A stretch of DNA of 40,394 nt from Candidatus Micrarchaeota archaeon (GTDB lineage Archaea; Micrarchaeota; Micrarchaeia; CAILAH01). This document shows, piece after piece, positions 9,056 to 16,759 of the stretch. The stretch lies in contig JAOAKK010000003.1 of assembly GCA_026413685.1 (NCBI GenBank), positions 1 to 40,394 of the forward strand, in the 5' to 3' direction. The notes under the pieces are model-generated. The model saw only the letters and a list, made by a program, of their open reading frames with translations, did not search any database and was not told where the DNA came from. The position numbers and the translations under genes were made by a program. Position 1 is the first letter of the stretch; every line of letters starts with the position of its first letter.

Positions 9056-10515
9056 TGCCTGACGAGCCAAAGGTTGGAATAGTAACAAAGGATGTTGCAG
9101 GTGCAACGCACGCAATTTTGTGCTTCAGCGGCAAAGAAGGCCCAGAGCCTGTGAATGAAGGATATAAGGGCCACGTGAAAAAGCTCAGGGAGGTTAAGTT
9201 TCTTGCCAAAGCTGGTGAGGTTGCGCTTGTTGATGGCATAATATTTGTTGGGCTTGGTGAAAAGGGCAAGTTTAAGCCACGGCACGCAAGAAAAATCCCG
9301 GGTGCGGCCATAGGGCTTGCGAAAGCTCTGCGCACGCGCTCGCTCTTAATAGACTCCCGCGGGCTCGATGTGCTGCCAGTGAAAAACCTGGTTTATGCAG
9401 CCTTCGTTTCTGTGCACAAATATGAGGAATTCAAGACAAAAGAGGAAAGCAAGGGCAAAGGTGCTGATGAAGTGTTCCCTGAAGAAGTGCTCATTTTTGT
9501 TAGTGACGGCCATGTTGCAGTTGCAAACGAGGCAAAGATAGTTGCAGAATCAATCAACTTTGCGCGTGACATTGCCAACAAGCCAGCAAACGTTGCCACG
9601 CCACAGCTTATGGCAGCCGAGGCTAAGAAGCTTGCATCGCGTGCAGGGCTTGGGTATAAGCTCATAACAAAGAAAGATATGCAAAGGATGGGAATGAATG
9701 CATTCCTTGCGGTTGCAAGCGGCAGCGGGAGGGAGCCTACACTTTCAATTCTTGAATACCGGTCACCTGGTGCAAAGAAGACCTTGGTTGTTGCTGGGAA
9801 AGGGCTGACTTTTGATAGTGGTGGTATTTCACTAAAGCCAAGCAAGGGAATGGAGGATATGAAGTTTGACAAGAGCGGTGCGTGTGCAGTACTTGGCATA
9901 ATGAAGGCTGTTTCTGAGATGCGGCCAAAGATTAACGTTATCGGGATGGTGCCTTGCACTGAAAACATGCCGAGCGGCACGGCAGCAAAGCCTGGGGATA
10001 TTGTGCGCGCATACAATGGCAAGACAATAGAGATACTGAACACTGATGCTGAGGGCAGGCTTGTGCTTGCGGATGTGCTCGCGTATGCTGAGAGGAAATA
10101 CAAGCCGGATTACATGATTGATATTGCAACGCTCACAGGTGCATGCGTGGTTGCGCTTGGGTCATATGCGATGGGGATGTTTTCGAATGATGACGAGTTT
10201 GCAGAGATGCTCAAGAAAGCAAGCAGTGAGGGATTTGATGAGGTATGGCACATGCCGCTGTGGGAGGAGTACTCAGAGATGAACAAGGGCAAGTTTGCTG
10301 ATATTGCAAATGTTACAAACACAGGAGAGGCAGGTGCAGTTACAGCAGCGGCATTTTTATCGAGCTTTGTCTCAAGCGCAAAGTGGGTGCATCTTGACAT
10401 TGCAGGGACAGCATACAGGAACAAGCCAATCCCGCCTGTTGATGTTGGGTGCACAGGCTCGGGTGTTTCTGTTGTGCTAGAAGTGATAAAGCTTATTGAG
10501 CGTGCAAAACACTGA
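9055..10515 (+). CDS. pepA: leucyl aminopeptidase (M17)
   Basis: GKGLTFDSGGISLKP, MKFDKSG, NTDAEGRLVLAD, IATLTGA, WVHLDIAG. Confidence 0.95.
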   Translation: MPDEPKVGIVTKDVAGATHAILCFSGKEGPEPVNEGYKGHVKKLREVKFLAKAGEVALVDGIIFVGLGEKGKFKPRHARKIPGAAIGLAKALRTRSLLIDSRGLDVLPVKNLVYAAFVSVHKYEEFKTKEESKGKGADEVFPEEVLIFVSDGHVAVANEAKIVAESINFARDIANKPANVATPQLMAAEAKKLASRAGLGYKLITKKDMQRMGMNAFLAVASGSGREPTLSILEYRSPGAKKTLVVAGKGLTFDSGGISLKPSKGMEDMKFDKSGACAVLGIMKAVSEMRPKINVIGMVPCTENMPSGTAAKPGDIVRAYNGKTIEILNTDAEGRLVLADVLAYAERKYKPDYMIDIATLTGACVVALGSYAMGMFSNDDEFAEMLKKASSEGFDEVWHMPLWEEYSEMNKGKFADIANVTNTGEAGAVTAAAFLSSFVSSAKWVHLDIAGTAYRNKPIPPVDVGCTGSGVSVVLEVIKLIERAKH

Positions 10516-10543
10516 AAAGGGCACGCATTCTGCATATGATTGT

Positions 10544-10874
10544 TGAGCGGCTGGGTGTAGGCCGCCTTTTGTCAGGCGCACTTCCAGAAAGGATATGCTC
10601 GCCGTGGCAGCATTTGTCTAAGCGCCCAAAAGGGCTTGCACGCTCACTGCCCTGCACAGGGGGCCGTTTCATCCTGCGTCCCACCGACGTCGTTGCCTCA
10701 TCCCTTAAAGTGGGGCAGGTGCCGTTTCTGTTCCCCCATCCGCAATATTAATGCAGTCAGGGCTCTGCGTGGGCGGACCTTCCTCAGTTGCTTTCTTTCG
10801 GTGCAGCTCTTTGGAGCCTTTCCAAAGAAATTGCATTAAAAGAAAGCCACCGTGAGCTGCCCACCAGCCGCTCA
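10544..10874 (-). ncRNA. rnpB: archaeal RNase P RNA, reduced type-M-like structure
   Basis: Minus strand: P1 UGAGCGGCUGG (10874-10864) with CCAGCCGCUCA (10554-10544); P2 GGCAGC/GCUGCC; CR-I GAGGAAGGUCCGCC (10785-10772) pairing with CR-V ACAAAAGGCGGCCUAC (10572-10557); CR-II AACAGAAAC; CR-III GAUGAAAC; CR-IV GCUUAGACAAAUGCUGCC; TATA-like GCTTAAA 29 nt upstream. Confidence 0.93.
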
Positions 10875-10892
10875 GATTATTAAGCCAACCCC

Positions 10893-10908
10893 TAAATTTA
10901 AGCTTTTT
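10893..10908. promoter_or_regulatory. overlapping divergent TATA/BRE elements for rnpB (-) and the MFS gene (+)
   Basis: Plus-strand ATTTAAG at 10896 is 30 nt before ATG 10926; minus-strand AAAAAGCTTAAAT has GCTTAAA 29 nt before the P1 5' end at 10874. Confidence 0.6.
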
Positions 10909-10925
10909 GCAAGATATTTAGCAGT

Positions 10926-12116
10926 ATGCGGCAATCCCAGAAAGAGAAGGAAGGCGTAAGAAACATAACACTGCTTGGCATTGTAAGCTTCCTTAATGAT
11001 TTTAGCAGTGAGATGATAATGCCAATCCTGCCATTTTTCCTAGCTTCTCTTGGTGGCGATTCCGTCCTGATAGGGCTTGTTGGCGGGATACGCGATTCAA
11101 TAACAAGCTTCCTGAAAATACTCTTTGGGTATCTCTCTGACAAGATAGGAAAAAGAAAAGTGTTCGTTTATGCAGGGTATATCACATCTGCAGTATTCAA
11201 GTTTCTTCTTGCGTTTGCACCCACGCAGCTGTTTGCGCTTGCAGCAGCATCACTTGAGCGTGTTGGGAAAGGGATGCGTGATGCACCGCGTGATGCAATG
11301 ATAAGCCAATTCTTGCCGCATAAGAGCGGCGCCGGGTTTGGGCTTCACCAGGCACTTGATACGGTTGGGGCAATTTTTGGCTCGGTAGCAGTTCTTCTCC
11401 TGCTTATGTATGTGTTTAGCCCGCTTACCCCTGATGGGTACATGCAGATAATCGCTTTTGCCGGCGTTATAGCACTGCTTTCAGTTGTGCCGCTCATTTT
11501 TGTGAAAGAGCCGAAGTTTAAGCCAACCGGCAAGTATTATAACTTCATATCTGCCATACGGGCACTTCCAAGGGATATGCTAATCTTCATCGGGATAACA
11601 GCGGTATTCACGATTGCAAACTTCAGCTATATGTTTTTCATAATGAAAGCTGGATTAACAGAAGGGATACTCATACCAATAATGCTGTATATAGCCTACA
11701 ACATATTCCAGGCAGCATTTGCGTATCCAATAGGGAAGTATGCCGACAGGATAGGGAAGCGCACTGTCCTCATACTGTCATACATTGTGTTCTCGGCAAT
11801 CCTTTTTGGGTTTGCATTGCTCACTTCCGTTGAAGCGATGCTTTTGCTATTTGTGCTTTACGGGATAGCAACGGCTGCGTTTATCGGTGTGCAAAAGGCA
11901 TATGCAGCAGACCTGTCACCGCCTAGCCTTAGAGGGACTGCAATGGGGACTTTCCAGATGGCAGTTGGGATTGCAGCATTGCCTGCCAGCGTTATTGCAG
12001 GATACCTCTGGAAATTTATATCACCAGATGCAACGTTTATTTTCGGCGGTACGGTTGCACTGCTTGCAGCCGTGCTTATGGTTGTGTTCAGGCCAGCAAA
12101 ATTATCCAGTGGTTAA
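10926..12116 (+). CDS. MFS transporter
   Basis: About 12 hydrophobic segments; motif A twice (GYLSDKIGKRK, GKYADRIGKR); RVGKGMRDAPRDA. Confidence 0.92.
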   Translation: MRQSQKEKEGVRNITLLGIVSFLNDFSSEMIMPILPFFLASLGGDSVLIGLVGGIRDSITSFLKILFGYLSDKIGKRKVFVYAGYITSAVFKFLLAFAPTQLFALAAASLERVGKGMRDAPRDAMISQFLPHKSGAGFGLHQALDTVGAIFGSVAVLLLLMYVFSPLTPDGYMQIIAFAGVIALLSVVPLIFVKEPKFKPTGKYYNFISAIRALPRDMLIFIGITAVFTIANFSYMFFIMKAGLTEGILIPIMLYIAYNIFQAAFAYPIGKYADRIGKRTVLILSYIVFSAILFGFALLTSVEAMLLLFVLYGIATAAFIGVQKAYAADLSPPSLRGTAMGTFQMAVGIAALPASVIAGYLWKFISPDATFIFGGTVALLAAVLMVVFRPAKLSSG

Positions 12117-12119
12117 GGC

Positions 12120-13208
12120 CTATATCATAGCGCTATGCCTTTTTCTTGAGAGCTTATGCTCAAGCCCCTCAATTAGGCTGGCAGCGCGCTTGTGCCCTTC
12201 CATCTGATGGGCTATGCGTGAGAATATGCCAACGTTTTCCCTTATGCTGCACGTTCTAATCTTTCCTATGGCTATCTGAAGCGTGTCCGAATCTATGAAT
12301 TCAGGGTCCAGGACCACACCGCACCCAGCACGCTCTGCACCAAGCGCATTGTTCAGCCGCTCAGTGTATCCTTTGAGGGGTATCAGGATGACAGGCGTCC
12401 CCGCGCTTACACAGCTCATAATGCTTGTATGGCCCCCGTGAAGGATTGCAAACGGCGCCTCTGCAATCGCCTTGCTTATTTTTTCATCGCTCAAGCTGCC
12501 ATCTGCCAGGATAGGGTCATACCCAAGCTTGCCAAGAAGCTCTGCAATTGCATCCAGGTTCTTCTGCTGTGCGCGCGTCCCACCCATGCTCAGGAGCGGC
12601 CGCTTTGCATTCTTTTTCTTATGTGCAATCAGCGCTGTTGGGCCGGAAAAATGGAATTTCCTGGCGCCACCAAAAAAGCTAAGGTTGTCACGCGTAAAAT
12701 CAAATGGGGGTGGAAAGTCAGGAACAATGACAGCATCGGAGTTGTCAACAGCGCTCTTTGAGAACAAGTCTGTGCTGCTCTCAACAATCTTGCTTATTTT
12801 AGGGAACACATACCATAGCTTTGTGCAGTTTGCGATTGTAACGGTGCTTTTCCCGTACATTTTTGCAACGAAAAGGCCCAGCAAATACCCGTCAACAACC
12901 ACAACATCTGCCTTGCTATCATATATTATGTCATTTACCCTTTTGATAAGCCCAGGCCCAAGCTTCTTTGCATTGTCAAGAAGGCTTTCCTTTACATTAA
13001 CCTTTACACCATGCGTAACCACATCACCAAACGGCTTTAGATGGTATACGTCAGGATAGCCGTTTTCTTCAAGAATTTTTACAGCATTCCCGAACGCAGA
13101 TACAGATACACTATGCCTTTTTGCGAGTGTTTTCATGATAGGCAGTGCCCTGTAAACGTGCCCATTACCAATCCCATTTATCATAAAATGTATGTGCATA
13201 AATCCCAT
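12120..13208 (-). CDS. GT-B glycosyltransferase (GT28/MurG-like, MJ1255-type)
   Basis: INGIGNGHVYRA at the N-terminus, VVVDG, LLSMGG, ILHGGHTSIM..GTPVILIP, ERLNNA. Start ATG 13208 or 13199, not 13352. Confidence 0.85.
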   Translation of the reverse strand: MGFMHIHFMINGIGNGHVYRALPIMKTLAKRHSVSVSAFGNAVKILEENGYPDVYHLKPFGDVVTHGVKVNVKESLLDNAKKLGPGLIKRVNDIIYDSKADVVVVDGYLLGLFVAKMYGKSTVTIANCTKLWYVFPKISKIVESSTDLFSKSAVDNSDAVIVPDFPPPFDFTRDNLSFFGGARKFHFSGPTALIAHKKKNAKRPLLSMGGTRAQQKNLDAIAELLGKLGYDPILADGSLSDEKISKAIAEAPFAILHGGHTSIMSCVSAGTPVILIPLKGYTERLNNALGAERAGCGVVLDPEFIDSDTLQIAIGKIRTCSIRENVGIFSRIAHQMEGHKRAASLIEGLEHKLSRKRHSAMI

Positions 13209-13411
13209 ATTGTATAGAAAGTTTTTATTAAAAAAACAAGCTGGAAAAACCCATAATCCCAAAAATTTTCTATGGCCAGACCTTTGACATACTTGCGCTG
13301 ATGCACCTATTTGATTACGAAGAAGTGGGGTGAAAATCCGTATGGTGCTCAAACAGGCCGGTCAGCTCTAAAGAGCATATCCCACTGGTTGATGAAGTCT
13401 CAAAGGATATA

Positions 13412-14662
13412 GTGAAAAGGCAGGTTGGCGGGATGCTTGAGTATGATTCAGACACTTCAAAAGGAGTTCCCTCAGAAAAATTCCTGAAGTTCCTTGAGTC
13501 TGAGGTGGCGGAAGGGCTCTTGCCAGTAATATATCACCATTATCCAATAGGGGTTGGCTCATCTTTTATTTGTAACATTCACGAGTGGGCGGTGCAGAAG
13601 GGCATCCGTGATAGGATGCTTATAGTGCCTTATTTCCATACCTTAATGAATTACCATTCAGAGAGCGTGCTTAAAGAATCAATAAGCAATTTGGCAGGCA
13701 GGTACGATTTTGCAATAATGGTGAGCAAGGCAGCAAAGCGTGAGTTTGGCTTCCTCCTTGGCGACATGGAAAATTCATATGTAGTGCTTAACGGGATAAA
13801 CATGTCGCTCTACACGCCAGGCCCGTTCTTGAGCGCGCTCCAGCGCAGGAAGGTTGGGATTGACAAGAGCGTAAAAAAGCTCATCTGCTTTGTCGGCAGG
13901 TTATCGCCAGATAAGGGTGCGCATCACCTGCTCGATGTAATTTCATATTTTAACAGGAACAGCAGGCAGCACGATGATGTAGGGTTTGTGATTGCGACCT
14001 CATTCATCCTGGATCCTGGGTGTGCACCAAACATACTTGGCAGTTTCTTCAGGATGCACAGGCTCATTGAGCAGGACAGGCTTAAGTTTGTTGTTGATAT
14101 TTCAAAGTATACGTTTGCCGATGCATCAATATCCAATGATTACAAGCTGCTCTTCAACCTTGTTTCCGGCTGCTGCCCGGATGCGCTAGGAAAGATATAT
14201 GAGCACAAGTATAATGTAAAGGGATGCTCACGTGCAATAAGCCCGGGCGTTTTCGTTGATTGGCCAGTCCAGTCATTCTCAGACATTGCAGTGCAGCCAT
14301 CAGTGAAAGAGGCTTTTGGCCTTGCGATTGTTGAGGCAATTGCATCCGGCAACTATCTTCTCACCAATAAGGTTGGCGGGATCTCCGAAATATTCTCATC
14401 ACAGGAGCTTGGGATGATGTTTGATCCAGATACACCTAACCTTGCTGGCAAGTATATAGAGGCAATCACAAGCGTAAAATCCGTTCCAGGCCAGCCTCCC
14501 GAGGAGTATAGGACAGTTAGGGAGAGGTTTGATGAGCGAAAGATGTCAGACAAGGTTCGTGCAATCACGATGAAGTATGCCTCGATGAGCGGGCAGGAAA
14601 GGCGCGCGGTAAGGCAGCACACCAAAAAAGAAAAGTTTATTAATAATAACTTAAATAAGTGA
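13412..14662 (+). CDS. glycosyltransferase family 4 (N-terminus possibly disrupted)
   Basis: NGIN, FVGRLSPDKG, PSVKEAFGLAIVEA (E-x7-E), VGGISE. The frame continues upstream through a single TGA at 13331-13333. Confidence 0.8.
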   Translation: MKRQVGGMLEYDSDTSKGVPSEKFLKFLESEVAEGLLPVIYHHYPIGVGSSFICNIHEWAVQKGIRDRMLIVPYFHTLMNYHSESVLKESISNLAGRYDFAIMVSKAAKREFGFLLGDMENSYVVLNGINMSLYTPGPFLSALQRRKVGIDKSVKKLICFVGRLSPDKGAHHLLDVISYFNRNSRQHDDVGFVIATSFILDPGCAPNILGSFFRMHRLIEQDRLKFVVDISKYTFADASISNDYKLLFNLVSGCCPDALGKIYEHKYNVKGCSRAISPGVFVDWPVQSFSDIAVQPSVKEAFGLAIVEAIASGNYLLTNKVGGISEIFSSQELGMMFDPDTPNLAGKYIEAITSVKSVPGQPPEEYRTVRERFDERKMSDKVRAITMKYASMSGQERRAVRQHTKKEKFINNNLNK

Positions 14663-15069
14663 TTTGGATGCCAGCCATAATTATCCACCACAAGGTAAAC
14701 AACGGTAAGTTTTCGCAGCCGGAAGAGCTCCGTGCAGAGGGCAAGTTCCTCCTTAAGCTGTATACAACTGGCGGTGAGAAGCTGCTCAAGTTCACCATTG
14801 ACGGTTTCCTGAAACACGTAGTTGAGGAAATGAACAGGAGGCGCTTTGACAGGAACAGGCCGCCGTACACAGAGAATGATGTAAGAGAGCTCTTCATTAA
14901 GTTTATCAGGCACCAGAAGCTTGACATCTCCGACCCAGTTGTCCAGGCAATGTCATCAGCGCTGAGAGAGCTAGTGTTATCAGGTGTGCTGCTCCTGGGC
15001 ACAGAAAAAGATATCGAAGGAAACTTTAAGGCCAAAAAGCCTTCCCCAGAGGATATAAATAAAGGCTAG
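14659..15069 (+). CDS. hypothetical protein
   Basis: 136-aa ORF overlapping the GT4 stop; fills the gap before the convergent pelota gene; no motif. Start may be ATG 14668. Confidence 0.65.
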   Translation: MIWMPAIIIHHKVNNGKFSQPEELRAEGKFLLKLYTTGGEKLLKFTIDGFLKHVVEEMNRRRFDRNRPPYTENDVRELFIKFIRHQKLDISDPVVQAMSSALRELVLSGVLLLGTEKDIEGNFKAKKPSPEDINKG

Positions 15070-15097
15070 CCCTTCCGCTGCTTTTATCGTGAAAAAC

Positions 15098-16123
15098 CTA
15101 TTGCATCTTATACCTTAGGAGTGCGATTGCGCCACCAAACGCCTTTACCTGCTCAGCCGCCTGGCTTTCAGCCGGCACGATTCTTATCTCGCCACCGCGC
15201 TCCTTAACAAGCTCAAGCAACCTCTCATAAGACTCATCTCCCCACAAGCTTGTGTCGAGTATGACTAGCACGCCAATGGCACCACACTCTGCCGCTTTGA
15301 TGAGCTCATCTTTCCCGTATGCAGCCAGCCCGTCACCGCGCCCCACACTACCCAAAAACCTCTCAATATCCCTGAACACTGTGTGCATCTGCTCCTCTTC
15401 CATAATACGGTGCATCTCATCGCTTTTCAGCAGCTCGTACACACCGCTCCTTTCGCTGTTTGATGCCGCAACAACCTTTACGCGCCTTGCAATGGCAGGC
15501 TTTTCATTTTTGAGGTATGCATAAAGGTTTTCTTTTGCAAACCCCGGCCCACCAAGAATAATTGTGCCCTCAATCTTTTCCATCTCGCTGGCAATCTCAC
15601 TGAAAAACTTCCCCGTGTCAATGTTTTTGTCCTTCTTTGCAGCCGTGTTGTGCAGCTCAAGCCCAAACTCAACACCATACTGCTTGAGCGAGGCAAACAG
15701 CGCATTTTCATAATCCACAAGGACAATGCTCACAAGGCTCCTTTTGCTTGCTTTCACGGCATTCCGTAGCATATCAAGCTCAAATTCTTTCCAAGCCTTG
15801 ATTATCCTGACCTGCTCACCTATCCCTATCTCAACCGTATGGTGTGCGCCAACAGGTGCGATGTCTTCAGGCCGTATCTCAATGATTTTCCCTGTAGCGC
15901 GCAGCCTCCCGGAATCCTTGTGGAGCTCGCATTTCTCAACCTCAAGGGCCACACTCACGCTTATCCTCTCCTCCCTGTTGCTGCCTGGCGGCTTGTATTT
16001 CCTGGTGCTGTGGGATTTGACAACTGCGCCAGGGGTTATGAGCTTGTATGTATGCCATAAGTCCTCCACAGTCTCAGGCACAATCGATACTACCCCTTCC
16101 TTCTTGTTTATCTCTGCTCTCAT
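15098..16123 (-). CDS. pelA: mRNA surveillance / ribosome rescue protein Pelota (aDom34)
   Basis: VPETVEDLWH, LRATGKI, GAHHT, GGPGFAKE, AAYG, GAI..L, FGGAIALLRY. Start moved to ATG 16123 (or 16135). Confidence 0.94.
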   Translation of the reverse strand: MRAEINKKEGVVSIVPETVEDLWHTYKLITPGAVVKSHSTRKYKPPGSNREERISVSVALEVEKCELHKDSGRLRATGKIIEIRPEDIAPVGAHHTVEIGIGEQVRIIKAWKEFELDMLRNAVKASKRSLVSIVLVDYENALFASLKQYGVEFGLELHNTAAKKDKNIDTGKFFSEIASEMEKIEGTIILGGPGFAKENLYAYLKNEKPAIARRVKVVAASNSERSGVYELLKSDEMHRIMEEEQMHTVFRDIERFLGSVGRGDGLAAYGKDELIKAAECGAIGVLVILDTSLWGDESYERLLELVKERGGEIRIVPAESQAAEQVKAFGGAIALLRYKMQ

Positions 16124-16143
16124 ACGTGCACCCATACATTTTT

Positions 16144-16707
16144 TCACTGGCCGTCCTGTTTCTTGCCTTTGCTGAACAAGCCAAGCCTGGCAGCTACATT
16201 CCATATGAGCATCTGCACCATTATGTATGGTGGGATAAGCGCCGGCCAGCCATACCTGGACAGGAAGCACTTATTCCAATTATCAACAATCCTTTTATGC
16301 AGTGCCCATTCTTCCCGGAGCACTTGTACTGCTTCACGCGCCTCCTCAAAATCCTTCTGTGTAGGTATCCTTCTCTTAGGGCATACCCTGTTTTCCATCA
16401 ATTCAACCGTGCCGCCATTGCTTACAAACGGGTATGCTGCGCATACGCTCGGCTTGCAGGCGTGTATGCCACAGCCATACTCCGCGTTATCGCGCATGAA
16501 CACGCAGCCGCCATCAATACGCATCTTCATCATCAGCCCATAGCATTTACCCCTGATGTTAAAGCACGTATCACTGCCACACTCCTTTTCACAAACATAA
16601 TAAAAGTCATTAATCCCTTCAGAAGAAATGACGAATATGTCAGCTGCACTGAGCGGGATTGAATAGCTGCCACAGCATGAATAGTCGCAGCCCCTGCAAA
16701 ACTCCAT
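16144..16707 (-). CDS. YkgJ/UPF0153 cysteine-cluster (Fe-S or Zn) protein
   Basis: CRGCDYSCC at the N-terminus, GCVF, CGIHACKPSVCAAYPF, CP. Confidence 0.85.
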   Translation of the reverse strand: MEFCRGCDYSCCGSYSIPLSAADIFVISSEGINDFYYVCEKECGSDTCFNIRGKCYGLMMKMRIDGGCVFMRDNAEYGCGIHACKPSVCAAYPFVSNGGTVELMENRVCPKRRIPTQKDFEEAREAVQVLREEWALHKRIVDNWNKCFLSRYGWPALIPPYIMVQMLIWNVAARLGLFSKGKKQDGQ

Positions 16708-16759
16708 GTATCAGATATGTACAAACTTAATAAATAGCTTACATGACAAAATATCCACC

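Noticed and set aside
10493-10839. Short ORFs 10493..10684, 10536..10751 and 10636..10839
   Set aside because: They overlap the RNase P RNA, which explains the sequence; the translations have no protein-like motifs.
10786-10851. Long AU-rich inverted repeat as a MITE or terminator
   Set aside because: It sits exactly at the P3 position between P2 and CR-I of the RNase P RNA; no target-site duplication seen.
13331-13333. Genome-wide TGA reassignment or selenocysteine
   Set aside because: TGA ends well-conserved genes at their expected C-termini (rfcL, pepA, rli, nrdJ); no SECIS-like hairpin recognised; GT4 enzymes are not known selenoproteins.
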